A stretch of 64,000 nt of DNA from Dendrobates tinctorius. Lineage: Eukaryota. Positions 12,770 to 22,493 of the stretch are shown in pieces. The position numbers were made by a program, and so were the translations under genes. Each line of letters begins with the position of its first letter. The first letter of the stretch is position 1. The notes below the pieces were generated by a model that did no database searches, had not been told where the DNA came from, and saw nothing but the letters and a program-made list of their open reading frames with translations. Location: the NCBI RefSeq assembly GCF_039654945.1, contig NW_027361868.1, positions 13,888,001 through 13,952,000 of the forward strand, in the 5' to 3' direction.

Positions 12770-13072
12770 ACTCTGACATGTCAGGCTTGGCATGTCACTC
12801 TCCAAGGAGAAATGTGTTACCCCTTAGAATTCCATCCAGAGCCTCTCACCCAGGCAAATCAGATTCCATACTTTGCACTGAGGAGAGGCAATACACCGAA
12901 ACACCATGTCTGCAAATTGAGATTCTGGTTTGCTTTTTATCCTGTCATGTGAAAAAGCGCTTAAAGGATTGACATTGACCTTTAGGATTGCTACTTCCAA
13001 TAGGTGGCACTAGAGTTCAAGTCCTGTTTCTGTAGAGGCAATTTGGTTATTTAATTTCTCAGAGGAGCATTG
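12770..13072 (+). mobile_element. Satellite-2/non-LTR retrozyme-like repeat, copy 1 (~300 bp)
   Basis: Contains a hammerhead at 12872-12916; homologous in reverse orientation and circularly permuted to 23501-23787. Confidence 0.7.
12872..12916 (+). ncRNA. Type I hammerhead ribozyme
   Basis: TTTGCA-CTGAGGA-gaGGcaatacaCC-GAAAC-ACCAT-GTC-TGCAAA: 6-bp stem I, intact CUGANGA and GAAA, short stem III, canonical GUC cleavage triplet at 12908-12910. Confidence 0.8.
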
Positions 13073-13080
13073 CCCACAGT

Positions 13081-13811
13081 CAGGGCTGGCATTGGGGGCA
13101 GGCAGATCAGGCAGCTACTTAAGACCCCGTTCCTTCAGGGGCCCTCATCCAGTGGTGTGCCATAACAGCGGCACACCACACAACCGCTATGGAGTCCATG
13201 AGTAAGAGGGGCCCAACGCCGCGCCCCCCTCCCGCATCACGTATTCAACTTAGTCATCTACCCATACAGTTGAAAGCAGTGATGGAGGAGAGCGTCATGT
13301 GATGCTCCCTCTCCCATCACTGACTCTACATGTGCCAGCAGTGGAGGTGATGAGATGCTGAGACACTCCGCAAAAGCCAGAGCAGCAGGAGAACGAGGAG
13401 AGGTAAGTATTGTGTGTCTGCTGCACGACACTGTGTGTAGGGGGACTGCATTATACTCTGGTGTGTGTGGGGGATGCATTATACTGGGGGGGGCTGATTT
13501 ACACTGTGTGGGGGTCTGCATTATACTGTATGTGAGGGGGCTGCACTATACTGTGTGTGTGGGGGGCTACATTATACTCTGGGAGAGGCTGCATTATACT
13601 CTAAGGTGGATGGAAGCTCCAGACTGCAGCATGTCTATTAATCTTGCAGATCTGTGAGTCTCCGCAAGATAAATTTCACCCATACAATTTACTGGACGCT
13701 GTTAATCCGCACAGTTCAGTGATCACAGAGGATTCACCTGCGTACATACAGCAGAAATGGTTGTGTAATATGTGAGCATTTGGGGCCCCACTTTTTCTAA
13801 ACCTAGCCCTG
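13081..13811. mobile_element. hAT-type non-autonomous element
   Basis: TIRs CAGGGCTGG ... CCTAGCCCTG; 8-bp TSD CCCACAGT/CCCACAAT (one mismatch). Confidence 0.8.
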
Positions 13812-16199
13812 CCCACAATCTACTACATCTGAGTGCCTCCAATAGACGTATATGCTCGAAAATGTTGCACGGCACCGCAGATTTTTGCACTGCTGGCCTC
13901 AAAATAGTCTATGGCCTAGTTGTCGCATATATCCAAATCCTGTTTGGACTTAAGCCCTGATGGGGCCCACCAAACTGGTGTCTGATAGCAGCATGACAGC
14001 ACCCTAAATATTCCAGAGGTTGGACTGGCACCGATCTGCACATTTTCACCTAGGTGATAGATTCCTTTCAGCTTTTTCCTTCCTCATCTTCCAAGAGCCA
14101 TGTCTTTTAGATTTTTGAGGGTTTGTTTGCTGGATGAGTTGTACTTTTGACTTTCCACCACTCATTTTACTACAGAGTGTACTGGAAACTGGGCAGAAAA
14201 AACATTTAATTGGTGAAAAAAAGTTGTAAATTTGTGTGGAATTTTTCTTTTTTTTTTTTTTTTTTTTTACTTTTGTGTCCATTTTCTGAGACCCACAACA
14301 ATTTTTATGTATATGGGGCTGTATGATGATTTATTTTTTTACTCCTTGAGCTGACGTTTTATTGATACCTTTTTGGGGGGGAAGACACAATGTTTTGATC
14401 GCCTTTTATTGCATGGTTGTGGTGGCCAAAAAAACATAATTTGGACATTTCTGAATGCAGCAATATCAAGTGTGTTTTCTTTTATTATTTTCAATGAGAC
14501 GAAAGGGGGGGTGATCCACTCGCTTATGTATAAGGGATTGTGATTTCTGCTGTGAACGCTCCCTTTTGATTTTTGTGTACATGTGAGATGAAAGAAAAAA
14601 AAATTCTGAAAGACCTTGCTGATACGGTGTCCATAGATGAGTTTTAGACCGACCTATCATCCTTTTCTAAGATTTCTAATAAATAGTGGAGATTGGGACC
14701 AGATGGTGTGAATTATACTCCGGGTTCCGCTACAAATAAATGAAGCCACTTTGAGTAAGCGAGGGACTACTACTGGCCTGGAGGGGTGTCCTAATATTCT
14801 TATGACTGATGGAAGTCGTAGTCACAGCCAGACCCGTTGCATAAATCACATTGTAGTCACTGGTTATTCTGTGGATACGTTGGATGTGAGTCGCTCTGGA
14901 ATAATAATAAAGGGCGGATGGACGTTCTGCAAATATATCAAAAAACTTGTAACAATGAAGTGTTTTCTGCGGTGAGTGAGTAATAAGTCTGTGATTTATT
15001 GCTCAATGAATGAGGTGAGAAATTAGTCTGGATGTCTGATGGTCAAGTCACTCTTCACTGACCGGACTGGCAAATCCTTGGTCAAGTCATAGTCAGGACT
15101 AAGACATTTATGCATTAAAACAAGCAGAAATGGTGGATTCATGTGTAATTTTTTTTCTCTTTTTTTTTTAAATAAACTATCTGCCTGCCATAGAAAGGAG
15201 CCTGCACTGAACTCCCACTAGTCTGTTTGTTCTATGGTCCTCATTTCTTCCACCAGCGGAGAGACCTCACGGCATACAGACTTTCACCCACGAGTCGTCA
15301 TAGCTCAAACTTTTGAAGACATGGACTACACAAGACCTTCGGCGGTGTCCAGTGCCATCTGGTACCATGACCTTTACGTTCCAGAAGTTATGTTGGATCT
15401 TTATGACTTGGACTTGTTACAGCACATCCCACAGGTGATCGAATAAAAGTTCTGGATAACCCCTTTATGACCTTGAATGTATAGGTATGCCCAAGGTTGT
15501 CTACCCCCTTTGATGTGGGCTACCGCGCTGAGCCCGCTTCTTTCCCGGCACATGACAGCTGATTTGATCAACTGTCACGTGGCTCTAACAGTCGCGAGTG
15601 GAATCTCGATCTGTTAAGTTAAATACCACTGACAGCGGCAATTTAACCGAGCGCACCGGAAGCGTGTCGTAAGACTTGCCCCGTCACATGATCATGGGGT
15701 GCCTATGGGTTGGCATGACAGCCGGGGGTCTGAAGAACACCCCTGTGTGCACGTATGTACTCGTTACTCGGAGAGCATTCGGCGATACTCTATTTCAAAT
15801 TTGAATCCCCGCCCCGTGTGTTTGACGCTTGTTACGCAGCCAAAAAAATGTGGGGTTGCCTGCGTGTTACTGTAATGCCATAGCCATCTTGGTAGTGGGA
15901 TTACTTTGATTGGGTAGCTGTGTGACATCATCTGAGGTTATAAAAGAACAGGCGCTGCATGGCATGCTGACCATGGCTCTGTGACCCTTCGTATTTTGGG
16001 AACAGAATGCTTGTCAAGGTATTATGAATCAGAGTCCTGTAGTGCTGAAGCTGAGCTATCATACTAACAGCCCTTCTAAGGGCTTGCTTTGCTGTTTGTG
16101 TCATATACATTCTGCATTTAGTCTAGGGAGAGAGAGAGTTGTAGGGAGAGTTGCACAATATAGTCTATAGACAGGTATTAGGGCTGTGCAGTCCCTTGC

Positions 16200-16587
16200 A
16201 AAATATATAGATGCAGCATTTTTTTTGTGTGAAAAAATGTTACGGTATGTTGTGTGATCCATCGAGTATTACATGTTTTGGTGATATCGAACACTCCAAA
16301 AAAAAGTTTAAAAAAAAAAAAAAAAAAAAAAGTTTGGTTAAATTTCTCACCCAATTTCTGGGGTACATTTCTGTGATAATTAAAAAGCATTTAACATTTT
16401 TTCTGGATTCAGTTACACATCCATACAGTGTTACGTGGTCTGTTATAAAAACACTTCCCAAAAAGCGTTTAAAAATTTGCTGCGTTAAATTACTCCCAAG
16501 TTAACCCTTACTCTCAGGGGTACATTTTTGTGATCGCTAACACTGCAAAAAAGCGTAAAATTTTGCTGGGTAAAATTTGTCACCCAT
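16200..16587. repeat. Degenerate AT-rich ~90-bp tandem repeat, left part; continues at 22705-24035
   Basis: Recurring ...CATCCATA(C/G)AGT...GGGTACATTT...AAAAA units, the same family as the block right of the nested LTR/DIRS insertion. Confidence 0.65.
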
Positions 16588-16966
16588 TATCACGGGTGTG
16601 TCAAAGGCTGCAGACAGTCACACAGCATGTGGCTGCAGAAGGTCTCTGTGGTTGGCTTTGCAGATGCTGTCCTAATCCTTCTGACTCTTGGACCCAGTGG
16701 TAAACCCCCCCATAGCTCTAACTGACACACTTGGACTGGGTGTTTATAGACTTCCTGTCTGTCTCTGGGAGCCGCTGGTGATATTTCCATTTTCCCCTGT
16801 TGAGGCTTGACGCTATAGCAGTCTATCTTCCTCTTTGGTGCTGTTGGAGGATGTCTGTGTTGTCAGTCTACTCAAGATAAGTGCTCCCCTTGTTTGTCTA
16901 TTCCAGCTGTCTTTAGTTGTAGTGGAGATAGTCTTAGTTACTCACCGGTTAACGGTGTTTTTCGGA

Positions 16967-17062
16967 GTCCATGACAGCACCACCTGAGAGAGGGGATCCA
17001 CCCTTCAGGAACAGGAAACCTACAGATACAAAAGGGCGGCACCTCTCCCACGCATCAGTTGG
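16967..17062. repeat. DIRS 3' inverted terminal repeat (96 bp), preceded by the terminal extension 16930-16966
   Basis: Reverse complement of 22387-22482 with a single mismatch. Confidence 0.93.
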
Positions 17063-17199
17063 ATTACAGAGCACAAGAGGACCACAGTGGTTAATGGCAA
17101 AATTTATATACAGTACTTTTACACAACTATTCCTTACCAGTGTACATACAAGAGGAAGAAGTGCACACCCAAATTTAAACTAAAGGGAGGGAATATACG

Positions 17200-17285
17200 G
17201 GTGCTGTCATGGACTCCGAAAAACACCGTTAACCGGTGAGTAACTAAGACTTTATCGGTCGTCCATGACAGCACCACCTGAGAGA
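17200..17285. repeat. DIRS internal complementary region (ICR)
   Basis: 17201-17251 is the reverse complement of the left end 16930-16980 and 17251-17285 is the reverse complement of the right end 22458-22492; together they form the circle-junction template. Confidence 0.93.
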
Positions 17286-17307
17286 ATTACAGAGAGTAAT
17301 CACCACT

Positions 17308-18727
17308 TTAGGGGGGGACTACAGCCTGCAGAACCCTGATACCGAAGGAGAGGTTTGCAGAAGCACCCAAGTCTAGCCTATAATGACTATAAAAAGTGCT
17401 CGGAGAGGACCAAGTGGCCGCCTTACAAATCTGGTCGATGGAGACTTCCGACCTCTCGGCCCACGAGGTCGCCACGGCTCTGGTGGAATGCGCCTTCAAT
17501 TTCTCCGGAGCTACTCTACCTTTTGAGGTATAAGCTAACGAGATTGCTTCTCTAATCCATCTGGCTAGTGTACTTTTGGACACCCTAAGACCTTTCCTAG
17601 GGCCTTGGTAGGAGACAAAGAGGGCATTGTCCTTCTTCCAGGGATCGGTAGCCGCTAGATACTCCAAGAGGCATCTCCTAACGTCTAAAGTGTGTAGCTT
17701 CTCCTCTTTCTCATTAGTTGGTTTAGGGAGGAAGGATGGAAGGACTATTTCCTGCGACCTATGAAAGCTGGAGGCTACTTTTGGTAAATACGCTGGGTCA
17801 GGTCTAAGTATTACACTATCCTCTTTTACCTGAAGAAAAGGTGGGCGCCTAGACAATGCCTGAATGTCGCTTACCCTACGGGCTGACGTTATGGCTATCA
17901 GGAAAGCTATCTTGAGGGACAGGCTCCTAATAGAGGCTGACGAGATGGGCTCAAATGGCACTTCTGTCATAGCTGTGAGGACTAGGTTCAAATCCCATGG
18001 CGTGAGTTTATTCTTTACTATTGGTCTGGATCTACTCGCTGCTTTGATAAACCTATTGACCCAGTAATTAGCCGCGATGTTGCAGCTAAAGAGGGCCCCT
18101 AAGGCGGATACCTGTACTGGTGGAGAGACCCAGGTCCAGCCCTTTTTGTAAAAATTCCAAGATCTGGCCTATAGGGACGGAATCATCAGTATTTATATTT
18201 GAGCTTTGGAGGAATCTTTTCCAAATTCTGACGTAAATCTTAGTTGTCACCACTTTTCTACTTTTTAGTAGAGTGTCAATTAGGTCTGGGGAGAAGCCTT
18301 TACTTTTTAGCAGTGACCGCTCAAATTCCACGCCGTGAGATGTAGGCCAGCCACCTGAGGGTGGAAGACCGGGCCCTGGGACAGAAGGTCCGGGATGTCC
18401 GGGAGAACCCAAGGATCGTCTACCGACATGATCCTGAGGTTCGAGAACCATGCCCTTCTGGGCCAGAACAGGGCGATGACTATGACCCTTGCCCTGTCCT
18501 TCCTGATCTTCCTCAACACCAGAGGAAGTAGAGATAGGGGAGGAAAGGCGTAGGCTAGCCTGAAGTCCCATTTTATCAGTAGCGCATCTACTGCCAGAGG
18601 AGTCTCCCTGGGATTTAGGGCGCAAAACTGTCTCGTTTTCGAGTTCTCCTTGGTGGCGAATAGATCCACCTCTAGTTGACCCCATCTCTGCACGATCTGA
18701 ACGAAAATGGAGGTGTTTAAGGCCCAC
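17308..18727 (-). pseudogene. DIRS tyrosine recombinase ORF, frameshifted near 18113-18118 (ORFs 18086..18727 and 17308..17991)
   Basis: Catalytic motifs TSARRVSDI, KAHSTR, ATWSS and FYSHY are present. The N-terminal part ...QILEFLQKGLDLGLSTST shifts frame to QVSALGALF...PWDLNLVL. Confidence 0.9.
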
Positions 18728-20199
18728 TCTCCTTGTTTTAACAGATTGCGGCTTAGGAAATCTGCCGCGACGTTTTCTTTCCCTCTTATGTGAAGAGCCG
18801 TGAGAGATAAAAAATGCCGCTCTGCTAGCTGGAACAACTGTCCTGCCACATTCATCAGAGTTTTGGATCGAGTTCCGCCTTGGTGGTTGATATAGGCCAC
18901 GGCCACTCGATTGTCCGAGAGAACTCGTACGTGATGGCCCTGTAGATACATAAGGAGCTCTTTAGCTGCGTGTACTACCGCTGTCAATTCTTTCAAATTA
19001 GAAGACATTGGTATCTGATCCCGTTCCCATAGGCCCTGGACCAGAATTTCCTCCATATGCGCCCCCCAACCGGAAGGACTTGCATCCGTGGTGACCACGC
19101 GGGTAATGTTATACTCCCAAGGGACCCCTCTAGACAAGTTATTTCTTTCTAGCCACCACTCCAGGGACTCTATTGTGTTTCTGGATAAGGTCAGTCGACC
19201 TTCTAAGTTACCCCCAAGAATCCTCTGATACCATAAAACTTCGCCCTGTAGAGTTCTCGTATGAACTTGGGCCCACTGGACCGCGGGAATGCAGGACGAG
19301 AGGGAACCCAACAGGGACATGGCTTTCCTGAGGGACATGGAGGGGTTGTTGGAAGCGTTCAGGACCCGGCCATGCAGGTGCAGCAGCTTCTCTGGGGGCA
19401 GACGGCATTCCTGCTTTTTAGAATCTAGGGTTAGGCCTAAAAATTGTTGAATTTTTAATGGCTGCAAACGGGATTTTTTGATATTAAGTAGCCATCCCAA
19501 CCGCTCTAGAGCCACCGTTGTTTTCTGTAATTGTTCTAAACACTGCTCGGCTGAACTGCCTATTATAAGGAGGTCATCTAGGTAGGGAACGACTAGAATG
19601 TTTAGCTCGCGCAGGTGGGCCATCACCTCTGCCATCACTTTGGTGAATACTCGGGGCGCAACTGCCACCCCGAAGGGTAAGGCCGCGTACTGGAAGTGCT
19701 GGATTGACCCTTCCAACTGAACCGCCAGTCTAAGGTAAGGTTGGTGTGCTAGACATATGGGTATATGGTAGTAAGCGTCTTTCAGATCTAGGACCACCAT
19801 CAAGCAGTTTTGAAACAGCATTTTTATTGCGGTGTTAATAGTTTCCATTTTAAATGGACGTACGACCAAGAATTTATTGAGGGCTTTTAGGTTAAATATA
19901 GCCCTAAATGAGTCGTCCGGTTTACGGACCAAGAACAGGGGGGAATAGAAGCCTTTCCCCCTCTCTTCCTCTGGAACTCTCGTCAGGACTTTTTTGTCCA
20001 GTAGCTCGAGGACCTCGGTCTCCAGGGCAGCTTGTTCTAGCGGGGAAGATTTGAGCGGATTTACCCTGAACCGATCTTGGGGAACGCAGGAGAACTCTAG
20101 GTGCAGTCCTGTAGCTATCACCCCCAGTATCCAGCTGCTATTTGAGATTCTGGCCCAGGCCGGGTAGAAGGCAGATAATCTTCCTCCTACCGGGGCCAC
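18307..20199 (-). CDS. DIRS pol: reverse transcriptase, RNase H and DNA N6-adenine methyltransferase-like domain (630 aa, uninterrupted)
   Basis: GFYSPLFLV, DLKDAYYHIP, LPFG and YLDD (RT); TDAS, KEL, SDN and ENVAADFLSR (RNase H); VDLFA...YAFPP...WPRRAWF (MT-like). Confidence 0.95.
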   Translation of the reverse strand: MAPVGGRLSAFYPAWARISNSSWILGVIATGLHLEFSCVPQDRFRVNPLKSSPLEQAALETEVLELLDKKVLTRVPEEERGKGFYSPLFLVRKPDDSFRAIFNLKALNKFLVVRPFKMETINTAIKMLFQNCLMVVLDLKDAYYHIPICLAHQPYLRLAVQLEGSIQHFQYAALPFGVAVAPRVFTKVMAEVMAHLRELNILVVPYLDDLLIIGSSAEQCLEQLQKTTVALERLGWLLNIKKSRLQPLKIQQFLGLTLDSKKQECRLPPEKLLHLHGRVLNASNNPSMSLRKAMSLLGSLSSCIPAVQWAQVHTRTLQGEVLWYQRILGGNLEGRLTLSRNTIESLEWWLERNNLSRGVPWEYNITRVVTTDASPSGWGAHMEEILVQGLWERDQIPMSSNLKELTAVVHAAKELLMYLQGHHVRVLSDNRVAVAYINHQGGTRSKTLMNVAGQLFQLAERHFLSLTALHIRGKENVAADFLSRNLLKQGEWALNTSIFVQIVQRWGQLEVDLFATKENSKTRQFCALNPRETPLAVDALLIKWDFRLAYAFPPLSLLPLVLRKIRKDRARVIVIALFWPRRAWFSNLRIMSVDDPWVLPDIPDLLSQGPVFHPQVAGLHLTAWNLSGHC

Positions 20200-20202
20200 T
20201 AG

Positions 20203-21761
20203 TCATTGGGGCGGCTTCTTATTATCCCATGATGGACCTTCTTGGCGCCCCCCTCCTCCGAACATGAAGCCCGTACCTCTGGTTTTCTTGTTGTCCCATC
20301 TGTTCTGATCTCTGGCCTGCCTCCTGCGGGAATACCCTTTCCTAGAAAAGGGATGTCTCCAGGATGTATTCGGCAGACTCGGAAATTTCTTTTTCTCATC
20401 CCCGGCTTTCTCTAACAGTTCGTCTAGGACGGGGCCGAACAAGTATTCACCCTCACAGGGGATAGAACAGAGACGGGACCTGGCTTGGATATCTCCCGGC
20501 CAGCATTTTAACCAGAGGGCTCTTCGGGCTGAATTAGACAAACTTGCAGACCTGGCCGCCATTCTTATTGAGTCTGCCGAGGCATCTGCCAGAAAGGCAG
20601 CAGCATTTTGGATAATTGGAAGAGACTTACGGATGGAAGCTCGCGAGGTTCCCTCCTTTAGCTGGGAGTCCAATTGATCCAGCCAAACCATCATGGATCT
20701 GGCTGCGCACGTGGCTGCTATTGCTGGCCTTAGGGCGCCTGCTGACATCTCCCATGTGCCCTTTAAAAAGGAATCTGCCTTTTTATCTAGAGGGTCTTTA
20801 AGGGAGGCCATGTCGTCGAAGGGTATAGATGACTTTTTGGAGACCTTAGCTACCGCTGCATCCAGCTTGGGGGCCTTATCCCATCGACTTACTATTGGGT
20901 CCTCAAAGGGGTATCTTCGCTTGAAAGCAGGCGGCATAGAACCCCTTTTTTCCGTTTTTTTCCACTCCCTGTCTATCAGGCTCTGGACTCTTTCGTTTAA
21001 TGGAAAAGTCTTTTGCTTTCTGGGGTCTAGACCCCCGAACATAATGTCCTGAGCAGACAGTTCTGTCTTTTTTTTTTCTTCTATCCCCATGGTTGACCTT
21101 ATGGTTCTAATTAATTTATCCATTTGGTCCAAGGGAAAACAGAATCGGCTGGAATCCTCTTTGGAAGAAGAGGAGGCCGAGGACTCTAAGGAGATACCTT
21201 CCCTCCTAGGGCCGACTGAAGATTCTGAGCCTGAAACACTAGCCCGTCTTCTTTTAGAAGAATCTTCTTTTTATATGGCTTTTATTTCAGTCCTGATTAA
21301 CTGCCTCAGGTCTGTAGCGAAGCTTGGAGCTTCTTCCGCTACCTGCATAAATAGGGAAGAGTGTAAGAGTCTGATACTCCACTCACGTTCTACCCCTCAT
21401 CTCCGTCCCTACCGTCTGTCTCACGCAAGACTGACACAATCTTTTAGGGTGGCCATCTGGTAAGGGGCAACTACAGAGGGCACATTCCTTGTGCTTCTGC
21501 TTCCCTGTGGCCTTCTTCCCCTGAGAATCAAAAAACATAAGGGGACACTGCATCAGGGTACATTCTCGCAGATCTCTTACCCTTGCAGATGAGGACAGGT
21601 ACCGGATCATGGGGGGCTGCAGGAGGATCCTTTGACCTAGAGGAACTACTGTGGCTCTGTCCACTCGAACGTCCCTCCTTCCGCCTCTTAGGCTGGTCAC
21701 TGGGGTGCTTTGCCACGGGCTGCACCTCTTGTGGGTCCATGGGGGCTTCTGTTGTGTCCAT
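20203..21761 (-). pseudogene. DIRS gag-like ORF1, apparently three exons (21761-21603 or 21581; 21520-21413; 21342-20203), with a premature TAA at 21271-21273
   Basis: ORF 20203..21132 has DIRS gag features (W...PKLDAAVAK, LKDPLDKK, ARRALWLK.W, LFGP.LD). Upstream in-frame segments, including a CxxC...CxxC zinc finger, are joined by GT-AG intervals. Confidence 0.75.
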
Positions 21762-21829
21762 CGCTGGGCCTCCAGAAGCACCTCAGCAGCAATGCCTTCT
21801 GTCTTAAGAAGGCTTCCCCTCCGGATCAG

Positions 21830-22330
21830 CAGGAACTCTGTCCGGCGTTCGGGCCCCCCATTGGACCGCTCCTCGCGATCCTCCCCTTCCCCTTCAGGTG
21901 CCCGGCCCCCTCAGGCGGCGGGCGCGCATCGGCGCGCGTCCACAACAACCGGAAGTCGACCGGCATCCGACTTCCGGTTTCGGCGCTAGGCCCCGCCCCC
22001 TCCGCCGCGTCACTTCTGCCGCGCGCCAGAGGCTGCGGGGACGCGCGGCAAGGGGCTAGCACTGCGCCGCCGGCTCGGAACCGCCGCTCCCTTTGTGGGA
22101 CACCGCCGGCGGCGCCCGCCCGAACGGACCGCACCCCCGGGGGAAGGAGACACAGGGGGACCCGCTCACCGGCTCCATGGAGAAGGCGCCCACCGGACCC
22201 TGTCTCCGCCTGCTCTTACCACTGCTGTGGAAATCCTACCCGGACCCACCGTGGCGCATCCAGGGCCTCCAGCGAGACCGAGGTAGGAGAACCCCCCCGC
22301 TACCTGAGTCGGTCCGCTGGCCTGGGAATT
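21830..22330 (-). promoter_or_regulatory. CpG-rich putative internal promoter of the DIRS element (inverted ETS sites and a GC box)
   Basis: High GC/CpG; AACCGGAAGTCG-N9-CGACTTCCGGTT at 21947-21979 and CCCCGCCCCC at 21991-22000, about 200 bp upstream of the gag ATG. Confidence 0.5.
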
Positions 22331-22386
22331 CAGTTATCCATGACGGACGATCTGTAGGGAGTTCTGTCCTTGTTAGGAACAGGAAA

Positions 22387-22493
22387 CCAACTGATGCGTG
22401 GGAGAGGTGCCGCCCTTTTGTATCTGTAGGTTTCCTGTTCCTGAAGGGCGGATCCCCTCTCTCAGGTGGTGCTGTCATGGACGACCGATAAAA
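22387..22493. repeat. DIRS 5' inverted terminal repeat
   Basis: Reverse complement of 16967-17062; the element starts TTT-ATCGGTCGTCCATGACAGC on the - strand. Confidence 0.93.

Larger units (their letters stand above)
16930..22493 (-). mobile_element. Full-length DIRS1-type tyrosine-recombinase retrotransposon
   Basis: Inverted terminal repeats, internal complementary region, gag / RT-RNaseH-MT / YR ORFs in DIRS order with overlaps; no TSD. Confidence 0.96.

Noticed and set aside
21651-22491. Long + strand ORFs (up to 215 aa) in the DIRS leader
   Set aside because: GC-rich sequence lacks stop codons by composition; the products are low-complexity Pro/Arg/Ala with no recognisable domain.
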